Part shown: one piece after another, positions 1 through 12,000 of the stretch | How positions within the stretch are numbered: the stretch's first letter is position 1 | Layout of the letters: every line of letters starts with the position of its first letter | Assembly: GCA_965203295.1 (NCBI GenBank) | Contig: CBDBCZ010000013.1 | Coordinates: 224,001-288,000, forward strand | Length of the DNA stretch: 64,000 nt | DNA from: Nitrospirales bacterium | Lineage (GTDB): Bacteria; Nitrospirota; Nitrospiria; Nitrospirales; UBA8639 | Reading direction: 5' to 3' | Notes under the pieces: generated by a model | Database searches by the model: none | Seen by the model: the letters and a program-made list of their open reading frames with translations, nothing else | What the model was told of the DNA's origin: nothing | Position numbers and translations under genes: made by a program

Positions 1-3000
1 CTTTCTAAAGACCACCGTTTAGTACCAATTGATGAGAGGCAGTACGTACTGACTCTGGATTACACACTGAAGATGCTCAGTATTAACGAGCGATATGAAT
101 GTGGAATCCCTGTGATTATTGTGGGAGAGACGGGAGTAGGAAAGACAGCCCTCATTGAGATGCTTTCGCAGCTCTGGAACTACTCTTGGCTTGCAGAGTG
201 GGATAGAGAAAAAGATCGTATTCTTGACAAAATTAGGAGGAAGTTGGGAGGTATTTCTTTAGCTTCGTTCCCAGGCTCTCCCTTTCGCCCTCACAAAAAC
301 TCCTCCCCTTCCTATTTGTTTTTGTGAGTGCATGTAGAGGGAGCCTAGAAACAAGGATAGTATTTCTATAGCTTTATTTTTTTTACAATTGTCACAGTTT
401 TCTTAGCCATGCTCTATGAACTGGGGTGGTCCGAACTACACCATTCAATCTCACTTCACCAAACAGCTGAAAATTATAATTCTGAAGAACAGTGGCACAT
501 ACATTTAGCTCCAAGGGGTCAATCAAACAATTGTTGAAGTTCTTTTATAGGGAACTTTAAGCACCGTTTGATGGACTTCTCGGCACCCCCATTCTTCATA
601 AGTTCTTATAGTCACTTCTAAGGTACTATAACCTCCTTGTAATTCATGCACTTATAGATCTAGACCCAGGTGATATTGATGACACCCAGAGTGCAATGTG
701 TGTGGAAGCCATGGATAGCTTAAACAGCGGGAAAGACATCAGAGAAGAGATGGTAAATGCGATTGCACAGCTTCCAGATGCTAGCAGTAGCAGTGGACAG
801 TTTTATTCAGTTTTGAACGAGTCGCTTCGTAAGCTGGAAGGAGATCCTAAGTTTTCCATACTGAGTCATGAGAAGAAGAGCGTCTCTGATGCTTTTGCAG
901 CAATCAAAGCACAGAACACTTCGTCTGAGGTAAATAATTTTTCTTGGTTCATGGTAATGTTTTTACTAAGCACTATCAATATTTACAGGCCACAGCACAT
1001 CTTATGTGCATCATATTCAGTGCTAAAGTCAAAAGTGTGTTCCACAAACTGAACATTCATTCAGGTATGAAGTTGTTAGGTATAGAGTACTGTAATGTGT
1101 CAGCTCCAGAATGTTAATTGTTGTGGATTTTTGCTTATAGCTCTCCAAGTAAAGAAAATAAAGGAGTTCTTTGCTCAAGTGTTTGTTCAGGCTACTGAAA
1201 TCGAGGAGGCATATAATGCTTGTGATCCATCCATGAGACCCAGTTTTAAAATCCCATTTGTTACCGTAAGTTGAAACATTTTCAGAAATTTGAATTTGTG
1301 TAATATGCTGAAAGAATTTGAACATGCTCTATGTACATCATAGGCATATCTGGATGAAATCAATACAGCCTCTTGCCTGGGACTGTTAAAGGAGATTATT
1401 GTGGATAGAACAGTGGATGGAAGGGTAAGAAGTATATATAACCAACAAAAATGGGACTGTACCTGAATTATGTATACCTGTACCTCCTGCAGCCTATCCC
1501 TCAGAATGTCTTCATCGTAGCGTCCTGCAATCCTCATAGAGGAGACATTCTCGCCGCCACACATGATCATGAGTCCTGGTTGAAAGGGACTTACAATGTT
1601 CGAAAATTGCATCCTACACTGCAGTTCCTCATGTGGGATTACGGATCGCTAAATGAGTTTCAAGAGAGAGAGTATGTGAATGCAAAGATGACATTGCTCA
1701 ATCAAAAACTCTTCAGCAAAGATAGCAGTGATTTTTCAGGTGCATCGAAGGAAGAACCCATACCATCTGGAGACATAGCTAGCCTCACTGAGCTCATAGT
1801 AGAGAGTCAGAAGAAGATGCGTCACTATGCAAGGGAGCAACTTAGGCAGTTCAATGTCCCACCAGACATTTCAGTACTGTGCGCAAAGAGCTGTGTCAGT
1901 CAGAGAGATATCCAAAGGGTTTTTACATTTTACCAGTGGTTAATGAAACTGTACATCAAAACCAACCATCACGATGCCCATGAGTCTGAGATGCACCATC
2001 GCCGTGCAGTAATGGTGTCCCTTGGCATTGTGTACTACATGCGGCTTAATCAGAAGTACCGGGATGAATACAGATCGTTTCTTGATAAATTTGATCGGTT
2101 GTCTGGTGAAGTAAATTTCTCTGAAGCCTACAATAGTGAGTTGCAGTGGTTTATAAATCAAGTTGAACTACCCTCTGGTATTGCTAAAACTGAAGCTTTG
2201 ATGGAAAATGTTTTTGCTACTATTGCCTGTATCATGACCCGCACCCCCCTAATTATTGTGGGTGAGCCTGGTTCTTCAAAAACCCTGTCATTCAACATTG
2301 TTGTTGCTAATTTTAAAGGAAAAGAGTCCAAAAATAAGGGTTTTAGACACACAGACATATTTCAGTCACTGGATCCTTACTTCTACCAATGTTCTCATCG
2401 TACCACTTCAAATGAGGTCGAAAGGATTTTCAGAAGAGCAATTATGCGTCAGAATGATCTAGCAAAGATTTCCTTGCCTGTATCATGTGTCGTGTTTATG
2501 GATGAGGCTGGCCTACCTGATGAAGAACTTCAATCTCTCAAAGTGTTGCACTACTATCTGGATGAACAAGAAGTTGCTTTTGTAGCAATTAGTAATCATG
2601 TTCTCGATGCAGCAAAGACCAACAGAGCTGTCAGTCTCTTTAGGCCTAAGCAAACATATCGCACTGTTTATGAGCTAGCGAAAGAAATTATTGCTCCTGT
2701 TGGTCAAAGGCCCACTCAAGTCCAGGAAAAGCAACTACATGATTTCTGCCACTCATACATTGCTGTCATTCAGCACAAACAGTTTCGAAAATATTTTGGC
2801 CTACGAGATTTTATACATTTCATTACTTATCTGCATCGTAGACGCAAACCTAATTTGGATGAACCGCTCATATTGGAAGCTTTGGAAAGAAATTTTAATG
2901 GCAGTCAGAATTTCGAGATTCTATGCCAAATTTTTTCTCAAAAGGTGAGAGCCTATTACTATATTTCTTTGGTAAAAGCATAATTTTATTTGTTTTGTTG

Positions 3001-6000
3001 ATTTGTTAGATGGGTATTTCATTTGCGAGATGCCACTTCCGAAGTATACTCAAAATCCTGAAAGATAGCCTGGCCGATCGTAGCAGTACCAAAGGAGACG
3101 CTATTCACAACAGTATCCAGAGTGAGGTCCGCTACAAGCTCATTATCGACCCAAGTGAGGACGACTCCCTCGTCAGGCTCCTATTTACTTATGGTGTTCT
3201 TCAAAGGGAAAGCACACGTCTATATATTTGCAGTGACTTTCCCGGAGATGATCAGCTGAGGGTAGGTTTTAGAATGTCTCTAGTTTGAATAAACTGTATC
3301 TTATGTGTAGCTTCATAACACTCAGTGTGAAATACGGATTGCTGAGTAGGTGGACTGTCCCAATTCCAAACCTCTTACATAGGGATTAGTTTTGCTATCA
3401 TGTTCCCCACCTTCATAATTTTTTTTTAGCATTTGTTCAACATATTCTGTGCATTCTTCTTCAGATCAATACTATTGCTCGAATTCGACACTCAGTTGCA
3501 AGTGGCCATACCATCTTGATGTGCCAGACTGATGAAATACATGAAAATTTTTACGACCTCTTCAATCAGAGGTTTCGTAGCATTGAAGACCCAGAGCGTG
3601 GCACTTGCTACTATGCAAACATTGCTATTGGTGCTCATTCCAAGCCGTGCCGGGTAGACCCCAATTTCCAGTGTGTCATAGTTATCAAGGAGTCAGAGGT
3701 TCAGAACACTCCTGCCCCCTTCCTCAATCGATTTGAAAAATACTACCTCACACATCAAAGTTTGCTGGAAACAGTTCTCGATAAAATGGCTCCTTGTCTC
3801 AGAATTTTATTGAAAGCAGCCCACCGAAAGGTTAGCGTAATATACCAAATATGTGCATCGTATATTATCGTTGACATAATATATTATATTCTGCTTGTTT
3901 TACAGGCTGCTGACTTTATTTCCTGTGTGAAGCAATCCAGTTTTTATGGCTGCACAAGGCATGGCGAGACTCTGGATTCCTTAATGCTTGCATTACTCCC
4001 ACCCACCAATCATGAATATAAAGCTCAGCCTCAACAAAGTATTCGGGAAGAAAGTTATGTGGCAGGAAACACAAACACATTCATTTTGAGAACACTGCAG
4101 GAGATGCTTCGAAAATGTGCAGGCTTTAAAATACCTCAGGTAAATTCGACTTTCTCTGTTACTTTATACAAGTTATCGCCAACATGTGTTACATAGGTTT
4201 ACCAAAACTGGTACCTTGTTTATATACACTTTGTGGAACAGAGCCACTACATTTTCCATATCAGTAACAACCAAGTAACGCATAAATGCAGTAATCACCA
4301 CTTAGTCTAGCCAGTTGGTCTAGCTATAGAGGACAGAGGCTATATAGGTATCTTATGGTAAGAAACCTATGACCAGTACAATGATGTCAATGAACAATAA
4401 ATAATTGGATATGTGGCAGTCCCAGGTAGAAAAGAACTGCTATTTCAAAACATATTTCAATTGCATCACTGCATTGGGAGTGCATATCTCTGAAGTTTAG
4501 CTTACGGCAGTGCTCAAATTCACTGTGTATATGCATCCATAGCTGCCATGTTTATACGAAAGTTCAGATATATTGCATTTCAAATGCAGAGATGTGATCA
4601 AAAAAATGCATTTTGTTTTCTACCTGGGACTGGCATGTATACAATAGTATTGTGTATATTTTCTTGATGACTACTAGTCAATACACAAGACTAGTGATTG
4701 CCAATGAAGTAGACATCATTATTTGGAAGGATAATTAGCAAAGTGGGCTGTTCCTGCAAACTAACAGATAATCAAACACTAGTATCGTTTCAATTCATCA
4801 TGACATTGCAATTTCTTTTCTGTTCTTAGTATACAATTGAAGAAGTGAGTGAAGATGCCGACCACATCTTTAAACTGGTTTTGAGGGATTCAGAGTTCAA
4901 GGGAGTCATGGCTAAAATAACCCGCGAAAATGTGGCTGTAGTGATAAATGAAGCATTGCATGTGCTTCACAATTCCCCAGATCCAAGTGATGGGAATACA
5001 TCCCTTGAAATTCACAGCAGTGCTTGCGTAGTGATTGCAGTCCTGATGCAGTGGTTTGTGTGCTACCTATGCAAGCGACTAATGCAGGTAATGACCCCAG
5101 AAGCACTTGCTGTCCACTGCCGGGCTATTCCAAATCTCTACATTCGAAACTACTTGAAGTTTCAAGAGCACTTTAATCTCAAGGAGCTGGTAGAAAGACA
5201 TCTAGATCACCTACACCATAATGACTGGTTAGTTTTTGACATTAGTTGCTCTTTAAAGGGCGTAGTATGTTAACTACTATTTCCTTCTACAGGGACTCTA
5301 CAGTATGTTCAACAAAGCTTCTGTGCTTTACCCGTTCATCTCCGTCAATTCACAAGCTCCCAACTGAGTATCCAATGAGTGATACTGCTGCTATGGATTT
5401 GAAGTGTAATGACGTTCTAAAAGAGCACATATTTACTGACCTTGAGCATTTAATGGTACATAAGGTATCCATTGAAGATTCACAACGTGAGCTTGAAAAG
5501 GTACTAGCCAAGTTTGTAACCTCAAACTGCCATTTCCTTCTACTTATTGCAAACATGCAAGAGTTAACCAAGAAAATGGTCAATCATTTGAGAATTATGA
5601 TAGAAGAAGCAGAGAGTACAGTTGAAAATAACAACAAGCTGTTTGTAATTCTTCTGCACTTCCCCCCAGCAATGTTCTTCAATCCATGCTATCCTTCACT
5701 CTTCCTGCAAGGGTGGGGACACCACTACCTTGATACCGTATCGAGTGATACCCAACACGTTGCGGGTATAACAACTGTTGTTGATGTGAAGGCATGGTTT
5801 CACTACTGCTGTTTTCCAGATTCAGTGCCTAATACTGCTGTGGGTGGAGAGGAATATATGCCTAGTTTACTAAAAGTGCTTATTCCGGAAACAATACCTG
5901 TAATTGCTGCCAGGGTGCCTTTCTGGTATGTAAACAGCGACGATACTGTCACATTAATGACTGCCTCACAAAAAATGGTAGTTCTTCAAAATCTTTTAAT

Positions 6001-9000
6001 TAAAGGGAATGCCAGTGAGAGTGAATGCCTAAGCGATACAAAGAAGATGCTTGAGAGAAAAAATCTTGGTGCAGTACTCGTGCTCAAATTTTGCGAATAT
6101 TGGACCCCCCAGTTGATGGTACAGCAGATAAATCAAGTTTTAAGATTCATGAGTGCACAAGAGTCTACCTTAAATGTTACTGATTATATTCAGAGCATTG
6201 TAAGATCAGCATTTATTGATTTTCTGGTGTACATATTCACCAAGATGAATGAAGAACAGGATATCAACATCCTCCTAGATTGCGAGAACTACTCACATGC
6301 AATGAATGAATTGTTCTTCAATCTTCTCAGAGCTCTTCCAATTCCTGAATTGACAGAACTAAAACTTATGTTTGCAGCCATCAAATCAGGAGATGAACAG
6401 AAGACTGGTGTGTGCAGGATTCCACGGTTCCCTTTTTTTAAGCATGTGTGTGGGGTACTGGAGGAAGCAATAAGTGAAAACAGAGAAACAGTGAGCCAGT
6501 ATTCTAACATTTTAGAAGACCCTCAGTCTCAAAGTAATGTCCATCAAATACGGAAGAAATCCAAAGAGGAGCTGTACAGGGAAGCTGTAATGAAAAGGGT
6601 ACAGGTATGTGTATTCTATCATTTTTTTCTATCTGTGTATCTGTGTTTACCTGTACATGACTTCTATTCTTTTTACAGGACAGAAACGACTGCCTCGTAG
6701 TGGCTGCAGGAGCCATGGATAGTGATGATGGAGAAGAACTCTGGGCTCGTTATTTTGAGGAGTTCACTATGCGTACACTACACCTGGACTCTGAAAAATC
6801 CCTACTGTTAAAGAAGCTTCTTGAAGCGTACATTGGTCCTCTGGAAAGTTCTAGTGCTCTCAGCCGACTGGTGTCCCTCCATGTGCGTGTACATTTGCTT
6901 CAGCTGGATCTAAACAAACTCACCAGAATTCTAAAACCCATCTCTGCTCTGCAAGAAGAGATGGAAGCCAGTTATATCACTGCGGACCCCACTGCTTCCT
7001 TGGTATCAGCTACATTTCCCGTTCATAGTGTCAGCAAAGCACCCCCTAACCTTGCTAGTCACATTGTGGGGATGCTTTATAAGTTTCTTTCACAGACTGG
7101 TGCAACTGAAACTGAGAATCTTGCAAGTTGGTATATGTGCTATGCTGATATTGTAAGTACTCTATCACTTGCTTGCATACTTCCTAGCAATTGACTGTAT
7201 ATATCTTGTCTCCATATAGATGTCCATACCCACTATGGAAGAGAATATTTTTAACACTATTGATTCACGAGATGCTTTGTTTGAAGCACAGTTGAACATC
7301 ATGCACACTACCTACCTGGTGATACAGTGTAGCTCAGATTCCTCCTTAACAGTGGCAGAAGGATATGAAGTATTCAGGGCTCTGCATTCTGAGTATTGCG
7401 AACCAGCTGCAAAGGTATGATAGTGTTTACTGTTGGCTAAAGTGCAGCATGGCTTTAATAAACTGTAGATTTTATTATTAGATTGTTTGACCAGCTATGC
7501 TATTTGTGCGGTTTTCACTGGATAATGCAACTGGCAATATCACTAAAAAAAATGCGTGGTCACACTCATGTTTGTGCTCTGTACTGTTTTCTTCATTTTA
7601 GAAGAGAGGCTCTTCACCACATCTACATGAATTAGTGGCTGTGGGTTTGAAAGAAATGGGACTTATTCCAATGACTCTGAGTAGTGATGGACAGAGAACA
7701 CTTTGCTTGCAGTCATTTATGGAAGGATTGTTTGCATTCTTCTTTTCAAAGCGCCGACGTCATATATTGTCCAGGGGAGAGGATTGCCAATATTTTCTCA
7801 ACACTGCCAATCAGCAGAATTGTTTCTGTAGCAGCTCAGCTGAGATTGCAATGTTCATTCCAGGAGACAATCATCTTGATGAGTGTGCCACTATCAGTTT
7901 ATTCAAGTTGTATTTATCAAGAATTCTTGGAGAAATCGAATGCGGCAAAAGATCTCAGGTATTTCATAATGATGTGTTCCATGCTGTATGTCTAGTCTAG
8001 TTCAGTGCACTTACCAATTTTTGCTTATATAATTTATTTTTATGACAACTGAATCATCTCATACCGTTTTATACTCAGGGGCGTGAGCTGATTGGTAGAG
8101 CGCTTGCTGCCAGTGACATTTGGTCTCCTGGACCCTACATTCCAACATTCTACCAACTTGGCGGAAAAGTGTGCACTGAGCACTCGTGTGAAGCTGCCAG
8201 AGTTAGTGGTTTGGTTACCGTACCTTACAACTGGACGTTATCATCTATGTTTTATTTATTTTGCAGAATCCCATAATGCAGCAACCGTTAGCTCATCTCT
8301 ACTTCTTGACAGTGTTAGAAAAGCTACAGTGTAAAGGTCATCATTCGAAGCACCTAGTCAGACTTGCAGGAAAGCTTACTGAAGTATGTAATAACTAGCG
8401 CATGTTTGGAACAAGCAAACAGTGTAGATTTAATTATATATATACTTGTATATAGGCCCTGGAGAATGATGTAACTCCCAAAGCCGAGAAGGTAGTGCTT
8501 TTTATTGAAAAACAGGCAGTTGTCCAGGTACTTATTCAGCAGATGGCAGTATTTTTTGCTCCAAAACATCCAAGAACAGTGAATCAAGATGTAAGCTCCT
8601 GAATGTTTTGTTTGTGTTGTGATAAACATTGATGTTGTCTTCTCTCTCCTGCTCCTAGTTGTTCAATGATCATCTCATTAATGGAGTTAATCCATTGCTC
8701 AGTGATGAGTCAATGGGAGGAAGCCGATCTTCTGTTAGTTGGTACGGACTTACACTTGCAATGCAGTTACTGAAGCAGCTGAAAAGTTCAAGGAAGCTCA
8801 TTGAGGTACTCCGTGATGATCAAAGTACTCTGTTGAAAACATTAAGTGTAGCAAGGCCACTTCAGTCGCTCATCAAGGTCAGTACAAGAACTAGAGTAGT
8901 ATATACTGTGAATTAACATCTTATCGATTAGTGAAATGTGAAGTGCTCCTGATTTTTTTTTAGGTTCAACCTCGGAGAGATATTCATATTTTTCCATTCA

Positions 9001-12000
9001 TTGCTCTCAAAGAGCGTTCCAGTGAAATTTGTAGTTTCTATGAACAGATTTGCATGGCAATGACTGAAGCAACTAACGGAAAATTGAAGAAACTTGTACA
9101 GCTTGCAGAAAACAGGTAAAATATTATCTCCATTATTGGGTATAGTGCAGTGTACTATCTCTGAAAACATTACCAGTGGCCAGCAAAAGATTATTTCATT
9201 ATGCAGTTACAGCAGTGTGGACAAGATGCATTTTTCGACTACCTCTGGTAATGTACTCATGATTGGAAAGAAGAATGCATTTAGGATGTTGCTGTGGCTT
9301 TGTACATACAATAATTTCTACACTAAAAAGGTATGTCTTACTGTTAAATAGGTTCTGATGTGAAGTATTTCTAAATCATCATTGTGTTATTATGCAGATC
9401 CCCTCGAAAAGTCTAGCAGATGCACTTAGCAACAAATTCCAAGATATTCTTGAACCTCAATTTATCAACCTGCTAAAATGCTTCATATATCCCAAGTACA
9501 TGGAGCACTTTGCTAGTGCCCCTGAAGGGGATGCTATGAGTTCACATGAGATGTTAACAGAAAGTATGCAATTCATGGCAAGAGAAGGAGAAGGTACAAG
9601 AATGGATCCATTATTGAAACTATTTCGCTTCTCTCCACACCAAGGTCAGATCAAGGAGTGATCCCATACTACAAAAAAAAAATTAACATGTAGAGTGGCT
9701 GGCTTGGGAAAGCCTTCGTCTATTGTTGAGGCAAATACAGGGTACCAACCACCCAGGTTTACTGTAACACATCTAGATTTACAATAGTTTAGTACATTAC
9801 TATTAATTGAACCCTTTCCGGTTAGAATGAATGTTTTATTGAGCATGATCACTGGGTGCTCATCATGCTTGCACTTAGTACATGTACTCAACAACATAGC
9901 TTCTGGTTATGCATTGTCACTGTATTGCGGTCTCTATGCATGGGATTATTGAAAAATTTTATGAATGGAGTAATATACTACTGCTTAAAATTACCACATT
10001 TGTTGGCTATATAGATCCATCTGAAATGGAGCTTTGCCATTCAATGGCTAACATGGTTGCAGTTGTACTGGCCTGTGAACCCTTCTCTAATCACCTGTGG
10101 TACCACATGTTTGCTGCCAATGAGCTCTCTGGTTCCCATATGACTGGATTTATGGTCAGTCCTATAATTATCTTAGCCTCGAACCCAGGCTAAGATGATT
10201 ATCTCTGAAATGTTAATACATAATTGTTTTGTTCTCTCCATTGATGAATGCACTAAGTAAGTACAGTGGAAGCTATGTAGATACAATTTATACAGTATAT
10301 AGAGCCACTGATGTAGTAAAGTTTGGGGTGGCAGTTAGGGTGAGCCCTTTAAACATCTCTGCGCTTACAAAGAGATTTTCACTTTTCTCAATCTGAGGGC
10401 CTCTATTTCACGCATGACTATTCATTCTGTAATCGTATAAGGTTCAAATAGTACTGCATACTATTTGCTTACACACAGTATGATGCCAAGATTTGTGAGA
10501 AAGTCTTGTATGACTCGGGTGTGGAACTGACTAGTGAAGGCACATACGGCAGACCAGACTATCTACCTCATGCTACTCGAGGCACCCTCAGTCTCCACTC
10601 CCTGTATCTGATTCTATGGGCCAATTTCAGTGCCTTCAGCATGGCTTTGTTAACCCAACCGGATGCTCAGCAGAAAATCAGTGGTCCAGTCATATCCTCA
10701 TCACAACCTGTTCAACACTATTGTGTGACTCAGCTTCAAAACGTGTGGATTCACATTGGCAAGAATATGAAAATGTCACTAGAGGAACAGTCTTTCTTTC
10801 TGATGCAGTGTATGGAGAATTTTCTGGAGGTATGTTGACCCTATAGGCAATAATCATTGTATAGATTCTAAAGATGGCCCACATTATTTTATTTAGGTAA
10901 GCGTCAGCCAGCAGCATCTCCCGGAGAGAGGAAGGTTTGGGGAACTTAAAGAATTGGATGTCTATGAGAGAATGTGGCATGAACGTATCTTCACTCCTTC
11001 CCTTGAAAACTTCGAGAAGAAGGTACTTGTATCCTTTATGCTTTTGCCATGAACATTATTGAAACCTTCCATCGATTAAGAAAAAAATTCTCTTTTAGCT
11101 AAACCTATTAGCATAAATAGTACCTCTTGTTCATCCTATAGTTTGCTGAATACAGTCACTTGTGGGACTCACAATTATTCAGGGATATCAGGTATGCATG
11201 ATGTCGCTATTGAATAAATTTGTGTGTACACAACCATGAGAGCATCACTGCTATTAGCAAGATTTAGCATGGAAATACTTTAGGAGAGTTATGTGATCTG
11301 ATATCATTAATACCTCCGCTTACTTGGATTGCCCCACTTCAGCGTATTAATGTTGCAGTATATCTATGTTGGATGTTCAAGGTGGAACCTCATATGACTA
11401 CATGCAATCCTTCATTTTACCACTTGTATTCAGGTGCATAGAGACCTACTATCCCCATTTTCCTACGATGGCTGAACTGTCCAACACACTGCTGTCATCG
11501 GCAGCTGTTAGTGACACCAGTAATGAGCTGTATGTCCTTTCTAAATTTATCCTGGAGCACTCACACCTGCAAGTAGCAGGTGCCTTGTTACCTGACCTGC
11601 TTGAACTCTACCAGTGGATTCATACAGACTTGGCCTATCTGATTACCCACCAGTATGCTCAAGAGCACACCATTGAGGAAGTGATCACAAAAGTTGATAA
11701 TAGGTATCCAGCGCTTAATCTTCAGCAGCTCTATGAAAGAGTAAAAGGTAAGAAATAGACATTCTGAATCATTGCGGTACACTTACAGTCTGTGCCCTCT
11801 AACCTGAATGTATTTGTACTTGCATAGATGGTTACAACCGATATCTGCAAGTGATTGGTGCAAATGGCACTGTTAACAGTGAAAAGAGAATCACTACAAT
11901 AGAAGATGGTACTATGTTTATACACTTTCTTTCTGTTGAGACAAGTGGTCAAGCACAAGTGCAGGGCGGTGACTTGCTGTATTATGTGATAAACGAACTG

